Positions 1-8,815 of a stretch of 64,000 nucleotides of DNA are shown piece after piece. The stretch covers positions 448,001-512,000 of the forward strand of contig CAXXFF010000001.1 of the NCBI GenBank assembly GCA_963676835.2. Reading direction: 5' to 3'. The position numbers were made by a program, and so were the translations under genes. Source of the DNA: Marispirochaeta sp. GTDB taxonomy: Bacteria > Spirochaetota > Spirochaetia > JC444 > Marispirochaetaceae. The notes below the pieces were generated by a model. That model worked only from the letters and a program-made list of their open reading frames with translations. It was not told the DNA's origin and made no database searches. Every line of letters starts with the position of its first letter. Positions within the stretch are counted from its first letter, which is position 1.

Positions 1-299
1 TCTCCCTGAATGGCAATGTCGGAAATATTATCCGTTGCCTGCAGGGCGCCCTGTGTAAAGAGCTTCTGGGTTGCCGCAACTCTGGTACCGTGTCCAACCT
101 GAACGCCAACCGGTACGGTGGTCAGTTCTGTTGCCGGTGTTCCCGCCAGACGGGAGGTCTGGTAGAGCAGGTCTTCAAAATCGATCCTGTTCTGTTTGAA
201 TCCCGTGGTGTTTACGTTGGAAAGGTTATTGGAAATTGTATCTATATTAAACTGCTGTCCGGTCATTCCGGATGCTGCTGTCCACAGTGAGCGCATCAT
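1..299 (-). CDS. flgG: Flagellar basal-body rod protein FlgG (5' part, runs off window start)
   Basis: Not in ORF track. Reverse strand from ATG at 299 reads MMRSLWTAASGMTGQQFNIDTISNNLSNVNTTGFK...FEDLLYQ...VGVQVGHGTR, the typical FlgG N-terminus; GGAGG RBS upstream. Confidence 0.93.
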   Translation of the reverse strand, partial: MMRSLWTAASGMTGQQFNIDTISNNLSNVNTTGFKQNRIDFEDLLYQTSRLAGTPATELTTVPVGVQVGHGTRVAATQKLFTQGALQATDNISDIAIQG

Positions 300-344
300 A
301 TCAGTCTACCTCCTGCTCTCTTCTTTATACTCATTTATACTCTT

Positions 345-1193
345 TTATACTCGTACAGCCTGGTTAATCAGTTTATCGGTCATCTGGTCGTGAGCCTGAA
401 TGGCCTTCTGATTTGCTTCGTAGGCACGGTTTACTTCGATCATCTTAACCATTTCGGTTACGGGGTTTACGTTGGAACCTTCAAGAAAGCCCTGGCGGAC
501 CTTGAGGCCATCGGAAACTCCGATGGGCCGGGGATCACCTGAAAAGCGGTCGTTCAGCCAGAGGCTGTCTCCCTGTTTTTTCAGGTAACGGTCACGGGGG
601 AAGTCCACCATTTTAAGGCGGTCCACCATTTCCATGTTTTCCCACTCGTTCTCTTCCAGGCTTACCAGCCGCTCCGGGTCGTCGGCAAAGCTTGCGTTCT
701 GCCATACCCGGCCTTCCTGGTCCACTACGAAGTTGTTTTTCTTAAGGTTGATTATGCCCTTTTCACCCATTACCGGCAGGCCCTGCTTGTTTACCAGCAC
801 ACCTTCTGTGCTGACATGGAAGGATCCGTTTCTGGTGAAGCGCTCCCCTGTGGGGGTATCTATGGTAAAAAAACCTTGGCCTTCAAGGGCAAGGTCGAAG
901 GGGTTTTCAGTCTGCTTGAGGGCGCCCTGGCTGAAGATGGTGAAGCTTTCGTTGTACTCCACACCGGTGCCGAGGGTACCGATAACGGGAGCCTGGTCTA
1001 CTGATCCTGGAGGTATGGTAAAGAGGCCGTCGTCATTCATCCGCCGCAGCAGCAGTTCCGGAAAAGCCTTATGGACCGACGTGTCTTTCTTGTAACCCGT
1101 AAGATCCACATTGGCCAGGTTATTGGAAATAGCGTCGAGATTGTGCATCTGGGCAATCATGCCGCTGGCACCGGTGTATATTCCTCGAATCAT
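345..1193 (-). CDS. flgF: Flagellar basal-body rod protein FlgF/FlhO family
   Basis: N-terminal SNNLANV..TGYK and C-terminal LEGSNVNPVTEMVKMIEVNRAYEANQK rod motifs; directly upstream of flgG. Confidence 0.85.
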   Translation of the reverse strand: MIRGIYTGASGMIAQMHNLDAISNNLANVDLTGYKKDTSVHKAFPELLLRRMNDDGLFTIPPGSVDQAPVIGTLGTGVEYNESFTIFSQGALKQTENPFDLALEGQGFFTIDTPTGERFTRNGSFHVSTEGVLVNKQGLPVMGEKGIINLKKNNFVVDQEGRVWQNASFADDPERLVSLEENEWENMEMVDRLKMVDFPRDRYLKKQGDSLWLNDRFSGDPRPIGVSDGLKVRQGFLEGSNVNPVTEMVKMIEVNRAYEANQKAIQAHDQMTDKLINQAVRV

Positions 1194-1338
1194 GGAGCCT
1201 CCCTCTATTCCATTATCGAAATAAAGGGGGCATCTCCTGAGTTGTTTTTCCGCATGTTTTCTGCCGGGTTATACTGTTTTTTCCATCGGGGACTCCTCTT
1301 GATTTTTAGGAGCGGGAGGGGTAAAAATATTCAACCGT

Positions 1339-1410
1339 GCCAGAATAGCTCAGGGGTAGAGCAACGCTCTCGTAAAGCGTAGGTCGTGAGTTCAAATCTC
1401 ACTTCTGGCT
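1339..1410 (+). tRNA. tRNA-Thr (anticodon CGT)
   Basis: Cloverleaf: acceptor GCCAGAA/TTCTGGC, D arm GCTC..GAGC, anticodon stem ACGCT/AGCGT with loop CTCGTAA, T loop GTTCAAATC; CCA not encoded. Confidence 0.96.
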
Positions 1411-1589
1411 AATCATAATTCCTTACACAGTAAGAATATAAAAAGCTACCGGACAAACCGGCGCTTTTACCACAGGCAAAGTCTGCCAACTGTAAGAAAG
1501 AATCTGTCAGAAGATTCACTTCGGTTGGGACTTCGGAGGTAAGAATGCGTCGGTTTTCCTGATTGAATAATTACCTTAGACAGCACTAT

Positions 1590-2981
1590 TTAGACTGAAT
1601 CAAACATGCCCGTTTGCATAGCCAGATCTATATTATTCGCATTGCTCATAAGAATTTTCAACCACTCTGGTTCGAATTCAGATTCATTATCCTGCAGGTT
1701 AAGATCCATTGGAATCTGACAAATTTGTATTCTTATTGTACTGTTACTTCTTTCATCTACGACCTTTAATGTACGGAACTGCGAAGATGTTATCTTCGTT
1801 CCAGGATAGAGTAATAAAACCTTGTCTGCTCCACGTCGAACTGCATAGCTGATCATCTGGTATATATCCGCCTGTGAAATACCATACTTTTCTTCTCTAT
1901 TGCTTAGATCAATCTGTTTATATTTTGCATCCCCGATTATTACACTTCCGCTATTTTTTTGCTTCAGGAGTAAGTCATTCTCATACTGAAAGAGATCTTC
2001 ATTATTCTCAACTACCAGATAACCTCTTTTCTTGACTTCCAAGGTCCAATCTGACGGCAATCTGCTGGCAAGATACCCTGCTGCGAAATTCTCAAACAAG
2101 CTGGAGGTTTGTATAAACACATGGTCTATTCCATATTCTCCCGAGGAGACATCCGCCATTCGGAAAGATAAGAACATTTTGCAATAATCGAGGATAGGTA
2201 TGTAGTCTTGTTGATAGGCATTAAGTCTCACCTTCAAACAGTCTCGGTAATTTACTCTTTGCTCTGTCACATCTTCCAAATGTGCGATAGTAGCAGATAA
2301 AATGCGTCTGTTTTCATAGAGATGAGTACGAGATATTAAAAGACTGCATACATATTTTACAATACGATTAAAAAGATTGTCTTCCTGGAAAAGTTCAAAG
2401 GTGCATGCAATCCTGTCATGACGCCCACTGGCTATATTCTTCCGGATTTGTTCGGAAAAATCGATTCTGCCTCTCACGGTACCGATATTCTCAGCAATTT
2501 CCTGATAAGAATTATATTGCCGTTGTGAGAGCAAGGCTAATGTACGATTTGCAAAGGTATTGATTAAGATCTCTGAAAAAATGGTGCTACATGCTTCGAT
2601 GCCACTGGAAACTGAAGCACTTTCCATCATCTTTAATCTTGTAGAAAAACTGAACATTCGGTCCAGATATCTTGCTGCAAATAGAACATCATTATTCTGA
2701 AAAATTTTAGGAAGAATAAGATATTGAGCACACCCGGTAGTTATTATTCCAATATAACCGCCCGGTTTAACTGTTACAGTACCATCTGCTTGCCAGTGAA
2801 ACTTAATTAGATTCTGTGCTAATGAATCATTATCTGATTCTTTTTTATAGTAACAATCATACAATATGCACGAGCTTCTCTCCCTCCAGACTTTTCTGCA
2901 GGATTCTTCCAGCTTGAGTGCTTCATCATGCTCCAGTGAATAGATTTGATGTTCAAATAATATTATTGAATTATTCGTCAT
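1590..2981 (-). CDS. mcrC: McrC-family restriction nuclease subunit
   Basis: VRGRIDF, DNLFNRIVK and PD-(D/E)xK-type ENDLLL...IIGDAKYK...ISQADIYQMISYA motifs; overlaps mcrB stop. Confidence 0.9.
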   Translation of the reverse strand: MTNNSIILFEHQIYSLEHDEALKLEESCRKVWRERSSCILYDCYYKKESDNDSLAQNLIKFHWQADGTVTVKPGGYIGIITTGCAQYLILPKIFQNNDVLFAARYLDRMFSFSTRLKMMESASVSSGIEACSTIFSEILINTFANRTLALLSQRQYNSYQEIAENIGTVRGRIDFSEQIRKNIASGRHDRIACTFELFQEDNLFNRIVKYVCSLLISRTHLYENRRILSATIAHLEDVTEQRVNYRDCLKVRLNAYQQDYIPILDYCKMFLSFRMADVSSGEYGIDHVFIQTSSLFENFAAGYLASRLPSDWTLEVKKRGYLVVENNEDLFQYENDLLLKQKNSGSVIIGDAKYKQIDLSNREEKYGISQADIYQMISYAVRRGADKVLLLYPGTKITSSQFRTLKVVDERSNSTIRIQICQIPMDLNLQDNESEFEPEWLKILMSNANNIDLAMQTGMFDSV

Positions 2982-5064
2982 GCTGCTTATAACGAATTAA
3001 ACCAAGTGTATTTTCTTCAATCTTGCCTTCCGGGATATTCAGCCCCTGAAATACATTTTTAATTTTAGAACTATCACCAAAAAAGTATTCATCAAGAAGA
3101 GGCAAAACCTGGCCATTCAGTATTACACCTAAATCTTCAATGTCCTTTCCTATGAAGTAGGAATGGCCAATTTGGTGGTCTTTATCCTTTTCGTGAACAA
3201 TATTCTTGTTCATTGCCTCAAGTAAATCCCTCAATGTATCATCTTCTATCAAGGAGTAGTCAGGATACATCTGTTTAAAAACAAAACGTCGTCTTAATGC
3301 AACATCCAGAGTAGTTATACTTTTATCTGCAGTATTCATAGTTCCTATAACATATAGGTTTTCGGGCACACCGAAAGTTCTATCCCCTTCAGCAGAACCT
3401 GGAAGGCTGACTGTCAAGCCCCTAAGCTTTCCTTCATCATCCGGCCTTAAGCGTTTATCCGGTTCCAGAAGTGTTATTAATTCCCCGAATATTCTTGGTA
3501 TGTTCCCCCGGTTTATTTCATCAATTATAAGAACATAATTTCGCCGTTCTTTCTGTTCCGCAGGAATTTCAACTAAGGCCTTGATATTTTCCCACCGCAG
3601 ATTTTTTGTAGCCAGTTCATAAAGGGTTTGCTGTGAAAATATTTTATCCTGAATTTGTTCAACAGGAATACTTACATCTGTGAGAAGCCATTCGACCGGT
3701 CGGTAATGGTTATATCGGATATCAGTATCATCTTTATATTCATAGGGGCCATTCACCCTGCCTATTGCTCGTACTTTCAGGTTTCCCTGGGATATCATAA
3801 CCAAATCGCCATCTTTCAAGTCATGAATAAAACGCCAGCAAACCTTTGCCGCGAAATCGGGGGAATCTTCAACAATGCCCTCCGCGACTAACATATCCTT
3901 TATTTTCTTCTGTCCATGCTCGTCTTTGGTCTCATCATAAAGGGCTGTAAAATTAACGCCTTTAGCAAAGCCATGGGCTATATAGTTTTCGTTGATACAG
4001 TAATCATAAATCTCCTGATCTGCTTTCAGCTGGCTGTTGCCCAGGGACATTTTATAAATCCGCTCGTTCCCAGTCAGTGCAGTGCCTTTTTTGCGGTCCC
4101 CATACTCTGAACGGGCGGCCTCAGCAATCTTTTTAAATATACCGTCCTTCATTTCATAGCTAATACTATTGGTACTATCGTTCAATACCGGTCGAATACC
4201 CTGAAGGAAATCCTCATAAGAAAATGAGGGATGAAACGTAAGGAATGCAATTCGCTGATCATCGACAAGGCGATAGAAGGTTTTTTCAAGCAGAGCACGA
4301 TCTGCTTTTGGGTCGTTTAATATTGCTGAAATTTCTTCATGTACAACTTTATCGGTCCTGCTGATAATCTCCAGGGCCTTATTTATAGTAGTATAAGTTT
4401 TCCCCGTGCCGGGAGGTCCGTACAAAATGGTATTAAGAGGCAAATTATCACTGTTTTCTTCTTCGAATTCGCCTGCTTTTATCTTAAGCCACTCGGCCCA
4501 GAGTCGACGGGAGAAATCTATCATCCCCTCCCCTGGTTTTCTTCTATTCAGTAATGCCAAGTAATACGAGCTGATTTTCTTTACATTCGGCTTTTCTCCG
4601 CAAAGCCCAGCCAATGCAGTATGCAGGAAGATTGCGCATACCGCCGGGTTATTTCTATTTTGATAGTGAAATGCTATTTTCCATTTAATGGAAGGCCCCA
4701 AATCTATAGCGTCAATTTTCTCCAATTCACCTTTTTGGGCATGCTCTATGACATCAATAATCCTTGAGTGAATATTTGTATAAGCCTCATCCGGGGTTGT
4801 TCCGTCTTTTGAGTACCAACCATATCCATCGTTATATGAGCGTTTATTATTTGATTCTTTCTCGTCACTGTTTTTTCGTGAATAGATTCCAAACTTAAAC
4901 GAAGAGCCACCACCTATGCCACCATATTTAGCCAGACCGAATTCCAGCCAGTAGGTAAATGTGGTTTTATCTCCGGCTTTGGTGTATTCCGACAGCTTCA
5001 TTTTTTTTACTTTTTCGGGGGGCCAAACTTCAAGAAACTCATCCCACGTATCTTTTTCCGGCAT
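2971..5064 (-). CDS. mcrB: McrB-family AAA+ GTPase restriction subunit
   Basis: Walker A GPPGTGKT, FHPSFSYEDF, Walker B IIDEINRGN, McrB signature MNTAD, ALRRRF. Confidence 0.92.
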   Translation of the reverse strand: MPEKDTWDEFLEVWPPEKVKKMKLSEYTKAGDKTTFTYWLEFGLAKYGGIGGGSSFKFGIYSRKNSDEKESNNKRSYNDGYGWYSKDGTTPDEAYTNIHSRIIDVIEHAQKGELEKIDAIDLGPSIKWKIAFHYQNRNNPAVCAIFLHTALAGLCGEKPNVKKISSYYLALLNRRKPGEGMIDFSRRLWAEWLKIKAGEFEEENSDNLPLNTILYGPPGTGKTYTTINKALEIISRTDKVVHEEISAILNDPKADRALLEKTFYRLVDDQRIAFLTFHPSFSYEDFLQGIRPVLNDSTNSISYEMKDGIFKKIAEAARSEYGDRKKGTALTGNERIYKMSLGNSQLKADQEIYDYCINENYIAHGFAKGVNFTALYDETKDEHGQKKIKDMLVAEGIVEDSPDFAAKVCWRFIHDLKDGDLVMISQGNLKVRAIGRVNGPYEYKDDTDIRYNHYRPVEWLLTDVSIPVEQIQDKIFSQQTLYELATKNLRWENIKALVEIPAEQKERRNYVLIIDEINRGNIPRIFGELITLLEPDKRLRPDDEGKLRGLTVSLPGSAEGDRTFGVPENLYVIGTMNTADKSITTLDVALRRRFVFKQMYPDYSLIEDDTLRDLLEAMNKNIVHEKDKDHQIGHSYFIGKDIEDLGVILNGQVLPLLDEYFFGDSSKIKNVFQGLNIPEGKIEENTLGLIRYKQHDE

Positions 5065-5203
5065 TTAAAGCTCCTCAGACCTATTTAAAATAACTTCAGA
5101 TCCACGTTGTATAAGATCAAATAAAAAATACTTATCTGTGAAACATTTTTTCTTATTAAGTAATATCTTTCTCTTGCCGTTATAGCCAAGCCTAAGAAAG
5201 GTA

Positions 5204-5596
5204 TTAAAGAAATTTCAAAACTATAGGGGCAACTGTCCCAAAAAGCGATACAATCAGGGCGGCTGAAGCAAACCATGTGGCAATACGTGAAGATTTCCGT
5301 GCTTCCTGTAATTCAGTGTATTCAATCAATCGAAACTTATCTTCTACCGAGATAGAAAGCATATCTCTGTTAGATTCGTGTTCCAGACGCCGATTGATTT
5401 CACCTATACCCCAGGTTCTTAAGAATGCAGCTTCAAGATGAAGAAATTTTCCAATACTTATCTGAGCTCTCAATTTTTTGTCATTAATAGAATCAGGCTC
5501 TATTTCAAACTCTTCTCTCAATTCTGTATACGTAAAGGACTCTTTCTCATCTGCCCATTTGAGTATACGAATGTATATATCATCTGTTTCTCTCAT
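5204..5596 (-). CDS. Hypothetical protein with C-terminal transmembrane helix
   Basis: 130 aa with hydrophobic C-terminus (WFASAALIVSLFGTVAPIVLKFL); extended -10 TGGTATAAT 6 nt upstream of the ATG. Confidence 0.7.
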   Translation of the reverse strand: MRETDDIYIRILKWADEKESFTYTELREEFEIEPDSINDKKLRAQISIGKFLHLEAAFLRTWGIGEINRRLEHESNRDMLSISVEDKFRLIEYTELQEARKSSRIATWFASAALIVSLFGTVAPIVLKFL

Positions 5597-5680
5597 ATGA
5601 CCATTATACCATCAATAATCGTTCCACAGTCTTTTGGGACTGTTATAGATCGAATTAACCCATTTACCACTATTGACTAC

Positions 5681-7354
5681 TTACACATTCGTCAAAACCG
5701 ACTGCAGCAACTTCTCCCGAGTCTCCTCCGAATGATCAATCTTCTCAATCATACTGTCGCAATAACCCATAAGCTCATTGATTTTGGTGACGATTCGTTT
5801 CTGTTCTTTCAGAGGTGGGAACGGAACTTGAATTGACTTGATCAGTCTCAATGTAAGGTGTTTTACACCTAAACCTCTTACATATTTGCCATCATAAGTT
5901 ATTGTCGAGAACTCTTCATCAAATATGTATTTAATATATTCCGTGACGACAAATTCTTTCTGAAAATTTATTACTCCAATACTTTCTACTAAATATAAAT
6001 CATACAGTGATTCTATAATTGCAGTTCGACCTATACTACCACTTTTTGTGACCAAGAGACTTTTCTCTTGAAGCATGAATTTTTGCTTCTGGCTTTCATA
6101 TTCGTCGATAGTGACATAATTACAATTTTCTAAATTTATCCTGTTAGCATATACATCTTTAGCAGATATACACGGCACACCTGATCCAACATAGTTCGGA
6201 GCATAATGCACTCCGTCTGTAACTGAAAGTGCAATTTTATCGATACTGGTCCACACCCACCCCGCCGGCAGCTCATAAGGAATCTCCTCACGCCTTATCT
6301 CCGGCAAATCCTTCTGCCTCTTAATCTTCCCTTCCCCAATCAACTTCTCTTTCTCAGCCTGAATCTTTTTCAACAATTCACTGGCTGGTTGATCATTCGG
6401 ATCCTGGGGAACAAGTTTCCCCATCATAGCTAACTGCAGAATGGCTTTTTTCAGTTCTTCCACATTCTCTTTTACCGAGTAGATGTGTGAAAAGTTTCGG
6501 GTAATGAAGTTGAAGGAGTTTTGGAAGGATTCTTTATCGGGGCTTTCCAGCAGCAGATGCAAAGCTGCAGTATTTACTTGCAGACGCTTTTCTTCCTGAG
6601 CCTTTTTCAGGCGCTCCATTTCATCGCAGCGGGCCATGAGTTCATTGATTTTGGTGACGATTCGTTTTTGTTCGTTTAGGGGGGGGAGAGGTATATGAAA
6701 GTTATTTAAACTTTCTAAATTGATTTTCGGCATTTTGACTCTGTTCTCGGCTACAATTACTTGTTTGAGAAAAACATCTGACAGCATCAACCTTAGCATA
6801 AAATCTAAATCAATAAAGCATCTAATAGGATACATGTCTGCACTACATAATCCATCATATGGCGCAATTACTATTTTATTTAATGATGGACGGATTTTTG
6901 AGTAAATAATCTGACTCTGATAAAATCGATTATTTGGACCTGTTACTCCCGATTCTAATACAGTTCTACTTGAAATCAATTTACCAGTATCTTTTTCAAT
7001 AATATCAGGTGCGATTTGTTTTTCATCCGGATAGTCCACAGGGTTAACTAATTCTGATTGAACCTCATTTACATTATTAAATTTAATCCATTCCCAATTC
7101 ATCGGGATCTCATATGGAATATCCTCCGGCTTAAGTGCCGATAAGGTCTTTTGCTTTCTAATCTTCCCTTCCGAAATCAGCTTCTCTTTCTCTGCCACTA
7201 CCTCTTTCAACAACTCACTGGCTGGTTGATCATTAACATCTTGAGGAACCAGTTTTCCCATCATTGCTAATTTTAAAATCAGACTTCTTAGTTCTTTAAT
7301 CCCATTAGGCGAATCAAAAGCCGTTTCAAAATGCTTCTCAAGCAACTCCATCAA
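5681..7354 (-). CDS. hsdS: Type I restriction-modification specificity subunit
   Basis: Two conserved repeats (LAMMGKLVPQD.NDQPASELL...IPYE.P..W; PPL.EQKRIVTKINELM) flanking two variable TRDs; ATGA overlap with hsdM. Confidence 0.93.
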   Translation of the reverse strand: MMELLEKHFETAFDSPNGIKELRSLILKLAMMGKLVPQDVNDQPASELLKEVVAEKEKLISEGKIRKQKTLSALKPEDIPYEIPMNWEWIKFNNVNEVQSELVNPVDYPDEKQIAPDIIEKDTGKLISSRTVLESGVTGPNNRFYQSQIIYSKIRPSLNKIVIAPYDGLCSADMYPIRCFIDLDFMLRLMLSDVFLKQVIVAENRVKMPKINLESLNNFHIPLPPLNEQKRIVTKINELMARCDEMERLKKAQEEKRLQVNTAALHLLLESPDKESFQNSFNFITRNFSHIYSVKENVEELKKAILQLAMMGKLVPQDPNDQPASELLKKIQAEKEKLIGEGKIKRQKDLPEIRREEIPYELPAGWVWTSIDKIALSVTDGVHYAPNYVGSGVPCISAKDVYANRINLENCNYVTIDEYESQKQKFMLQEKSLLVTKSGSIGRTAIIESLYDLYLVESIGVINFQKEFVVTEYIKYIFDEEFSTITYDGKYVRGLGVKHLTLRLIKSIQVPFPPLKEQKRIVTKINELMGYCDSMIEKIDHSEETREKLLQSVLTNV

Positions 7355-8799
7355 TGATTCCCCAAAGCCTGAACCAGCTCATTCTTCAACTCAGCCTGAA
7401 TACTCTTCAACTCTTCAGAAATTTTCAGAAAATCAGCCAGTAACTCTTCAGGATCACCATGATCAACCTCGACCTGATGGGGATTCTTGTAATCCAGGTT
7501 ATAGTTATTCTCAGCAATATCTTTAGCACTAACCTTCCAGGCATATTCCGTAACCTTCCGCTTCTTCCACCAGCTCTTTTCCAGATTAAATTCCTGAATC
7601 GTAAGAGGCTTACTCTTGGAATATGACTTATACCCATTCGGATAAGGATGCTCAAAAAACCAGACATCCTTGGTCGGCCCGCCCTTGGTAAAGAACAGAA
7701 GATTCGTGTTGATACCCGTATAGGGATTAAAAACCCCCTTCGGCAGCCGGACAATAGTATGCAGGTTAAACTCTTCGAGCAGCTCCCGCTTAAGAGTAGT
7801 CTTAACCCCTTCCCCGAAAAGAAAGCCGTCAGGCAGAACAATAGCTCCCCGACCGGTATTGTGCTTTAACAGATGCATAATCAGAGCCATGAACAGATCG
7901 GCGGTTTCCCTGGTCTGATACTTCTTCAGGGTATTCTTCTCTATGCCGTCCTCTTCCATCCCCCCGAAAGGAGGATTAGTAATAATAATATCTACCCGGT
8001 CTTTGGGACCGTAATCCTTCAAAGGTCGGCTCAGGGTATTATCGTGCCGGATGTTTTTGGGCAGATCGATTCCGTGGAGCATCAAGTTAGTAATGGCCAG
8101 CATATGAGGTAAGGGCTTCTTCTCAACACCATGAATGGCTTTCTGAACCACCTTCCGGTCCTCGGAAGTCTTTTCCTGCTTCTTCAAATGTTCAATGGCG
8201 TTCACCAGAAAGCCGCCGGTACCACAGGCAGGGTCAAGAATGGATTCACCGATTTGCGGGTCTATTATATCAACAATAAACTGGGTTACCGCCCGGGGAG
8301 TATAGAACTCCCCTGCATTACCGGCAGACTGGAGATCGGAAAGGATTTTTTCATAGATATCATTAAAGGTATGCCTGTCTCCGGAAGTGTTAAAATCAAC
8401 ATCATCTTCAATAGAATTGATAACCTGGCGCAGCAGTGTTCCGGATTTCATATAGTTATAGGCATCTTCAAAAACACCGCCCACAATCTTCCCATGATCC
8501 GAAACACCAGCCTGGTTTGAGAGCTTTTTTAATGCGGGAAAAAGATCATTGTTCACAAAATAAATCAGTTCATCACCGGTCATACCTTCAGGATCTTTTG
8601 CCCAGGAGGACCAGCGAAAGCGGGATGCAACAGGAGATTTATACCCCGGATCCATGAGGATCCACTCCTTTTCCCGGTCGTCAAATATCTTCAGAAAGAT
8701 CAGCCACACCATCTGACTGATACGCTGGGCATCCCCATCGACACCAACATCTTTCCGCATAATATCCTGAATTGTCTTGATCAGCGTTGCAAGTGACAT
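7351..8799 (-). CDS. hsdM: Type I restriction-modification N6-adenine methyltransferase
   Basis: GEFYTPR, DPACGTGGF and NPPF motifs. Confidence 0.96.
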   Translation of the reverse strand: MSLATLIKTIQDIMRKDVGVDGDAQRISQMVWLIFLKIFDDREKEWILMDPGYKSPVASRFRWSSWAKDPEGMTGDELIYFVNNDLFPALKKLSNQAGVSDHGKIVGGVFEDAYNYMKSGTLLRQVINSIEDDVDFNTSGDRHTFNDIYEKILSDLQSAGNAGEFYTPRAVTQFIVDIIDPQIGESILDPACGTGGFLVNAIEHLKKQEKTSEDRKVVQKAIHGVEKKPLPHMLAITNLMLHGIDLPKNIRHDNTLSRPLKDYGPKDRVDIIITNPPFGGMEEDGIEKNTLKKYQTRETADLFMALIMHLLKHNTGRGAIVLPDGFLFGEGVKTTLKRELLEEFNLHTIVRLPKGVFNPYTGINTNLLFFTKGGPTKDVWFFEHPYPNGYKSYSKSKPLTIQEFNLEKSWWKKRKVTEYAWKVSAKDIAENNYNLDYKNPHQVEVDHGDPEELLADFLKISEELKSIQAELKNELVQALGNH

Positions 8800-8815
8800 C
8801 TAATAATTCTCCTGA

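Noticed and set aside
1212..1245. sigma28 promoter upstream of flgF (TTCGATAA on the minus strand)
   Set aside because: The -10 is plausible but there is no convincing TAAA -35 at the right spacing; too weak to call.
1071..1382. 103-aa ORF overlapping the flgF start and the tRNA
   Set aside because: Overlaps two well-supported features and shows no protein-like signal.
5085..5190. attC-like integron site (CTATAAC ... GTTATTT on the minus strand), and CATAACGCC near 14371
   Set aside because: R boxes are not properly complementary, there is no convincing L-box hairpin, and no intI is present in the window.
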